Sequence record: MH460460.1
Strand: one strand, 5' to 3'
Length of the DNA stretch: 64,000 nucleotides
This document shows positions 63,019-64,000 of the stretch, in pieces. The first letter of the stretch is position 1; every line of letters begins with the position of its first letter. A model generated the notes under the pieces. That model worked only from the letters and a program-made list of their open reading frames with translations, ran no database searches and was not told the DNA's origin. Both the position numbers and the translations under genes were made by a program.

Positions 63019-64000
63019 TCATACAGTGATTTGTTTATAATCCGGATTGATTTCAGGATAAAACGTATCAAAAGTTTTTCGAGACATAACACAACCAGCA
63101 GCATTAACGTGACCGTCACCGCCAAAGCTGTTTGCCACTGAACGCGCACTGATTGGACTATCTGCATCGCTTCGCACGCTACAGAAAACTTTTTCAGGTT
63201 CCGCATTATCTGGAGCGCAACGAACAATCAACACCAGTTTAACGCCGGGATTGTTATCACGAATCCACTGAGCAGCATCGGAACCAATTGCGCGGGATGT
63301 GCTCATAATCGCGTGACGTTGAGCAATGATATCGTTCGGTTCGTAAATCTTTCCGTTTGCTTTGAAAAGTTTTTCGATGTGCTCATTACGTTCTTTAATG
63401 CGCTGTTCGCCAAGAGAAATAATCTCTTCGACATTTCCATTCATCACAATATTGCGAGCGTTTGCAATAGTGCTAGGAACAGAAGAATGCAGCACGCCAG
63501 TTTCTTCTTTGTCTGCGAACATTTCGCGAGAATATCCTTCATAAAAGGCAAAGGCGCGTTTGTTTTGCAACTGCCACGTATCACGATCACTGACCAACTG
63601 AACAATACGCATCAGATTGCCAATCATCGACATGACACGCGGGGAGCCGTTACTGAACTGAGTAATCACTCCAAAGTAACTGAGCATAGCGCCAGAATGT
63701 TGAGAAGAAAACACAACGTTAGTGCTAGGCTGAATACCCAACGCTTCACATTCTGTTTTATACTTCTCCATACTGCGCGTATCGTGATGATCAAACACGT
63801 ACAGATCGTTTTTGTAAAATGCAGTTAAGTCTGCCAACTGTCTTTCGTTGATAGCGATATCAACAAAATAGATGCGATCATACGAGCGAATTTCCGGCAA
63901 TAAATGCAGCGGAACATTATCAGATGTTACAGCATCAGCTTCATCCGGATGAGCATGATCCAAAGCCAGATAATGAATAACATCCATTGGGAACGCTAAC
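63019..64000 (-). CDS. DHH/DHHA1 family phosphoesterase, 5'-truncated by the window edge
   Basis: FVDIA, VFDHHDT, SGAMLSY, VSDRDTW and FGGDGHVNAAG motifs. The frame is open to base 64000 and the first YHxDxDG motif is missing, so the true start is probably outside the window. Confidence 0.85.
   Translation of the reverse strand, partial: LAFPMDVIHYLALDHAHPDEADAVTSDNVPLHLLPEIRSYDRIYFVDIAINERQLADLTAFYKNDLYVFDHHDTRSMEKYKTECEALGIQPSTNVVFSSQHSGAMLSYFGVITQFSNGSPRVMSMIGNLMRIVQLVSDRDTWQLQNKRAFAFYEGYSREMFADKEETGVLHSSVPSTIANARNIVMNGNVEEIISLGEQRIKERNEHIEKLFKANGKIYEPNDIIAQRHAIMSTSRAIGSDAAQWIRDNNPGVKLVLIVRCAPDNAEPEKVFCSVRSDADSPISARSVANSFGGDGHVNAAGCVMSRKTFDTFYPEINPDYKQITV

Noticed and set aside
62934-63227. 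97-aa minus-strand ORF between the DHH gene and sheath 2
   Set aside because: It overlaps the DHH gene out of frame and spans the terminator and promoter-like elements.
1-64000. Alternative genetic code (stop-codon reassignment, as in some jumbo phages)
   Set aside because: Genes are long, contiguous and tightly packed under the standard code, with normal stops at gene junctions.

Overview
This window is a gene-dense piece of a jumbo contractile-tailed phage (myovirus), read in the standard genetic code. Every credible gene is on the minus strand. It holds most of the virion morphogenesis region. Head genes: prohead protease, acidic scaffold-like protein, decoration protein and major capsid protein. 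Tail genes: two tail-sheath paralogs, tail tube and a tube paralog, a tape-measure-like protein with a lysozyme-like domain, baseplate hub/spike/PAAR/wedge genes, Ig-rich fibre proteins and three collagen-like proteins. Non-structural genes are interspersed: NAD-dependent DNA ligase, thymidylate kinase, Nudix hydrolase, MmcB-like nuclease, PC4-like protein, GT2-TPR glycosyltransferase, two ADP-ribosyltransferase-like paralogs and a 5'-truncated DHH phosphoesterase. From memory the gene set resembles the Erwinia Y3/Yoloswag, Dickeya JA11/AD1, Lu11 and RSL1 group of jumbo phages; this is unverified. The most unusual part is 14200-15900. It contains a roughly 690-nt, apparently non-coding, multi-hairpin region whose G-U pairs all work on the minus strand (a candidate large structured ncRNA). 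Directly downstream is a small gene resembling the Acb4 nucleotide-sponge family, followed by a hairpin-sequestered stop with an in-frame extension, a small membrane-peptide ORF, a second structured segment and four copies of a 10-mer. A candidate late promoter motif (CTAATTT, 27-38 nt before start codons) was also found. No tRNA, rRNA, CRISPR array, integrase, portal or terminase was recognised. All structure and homology calls are by eye.
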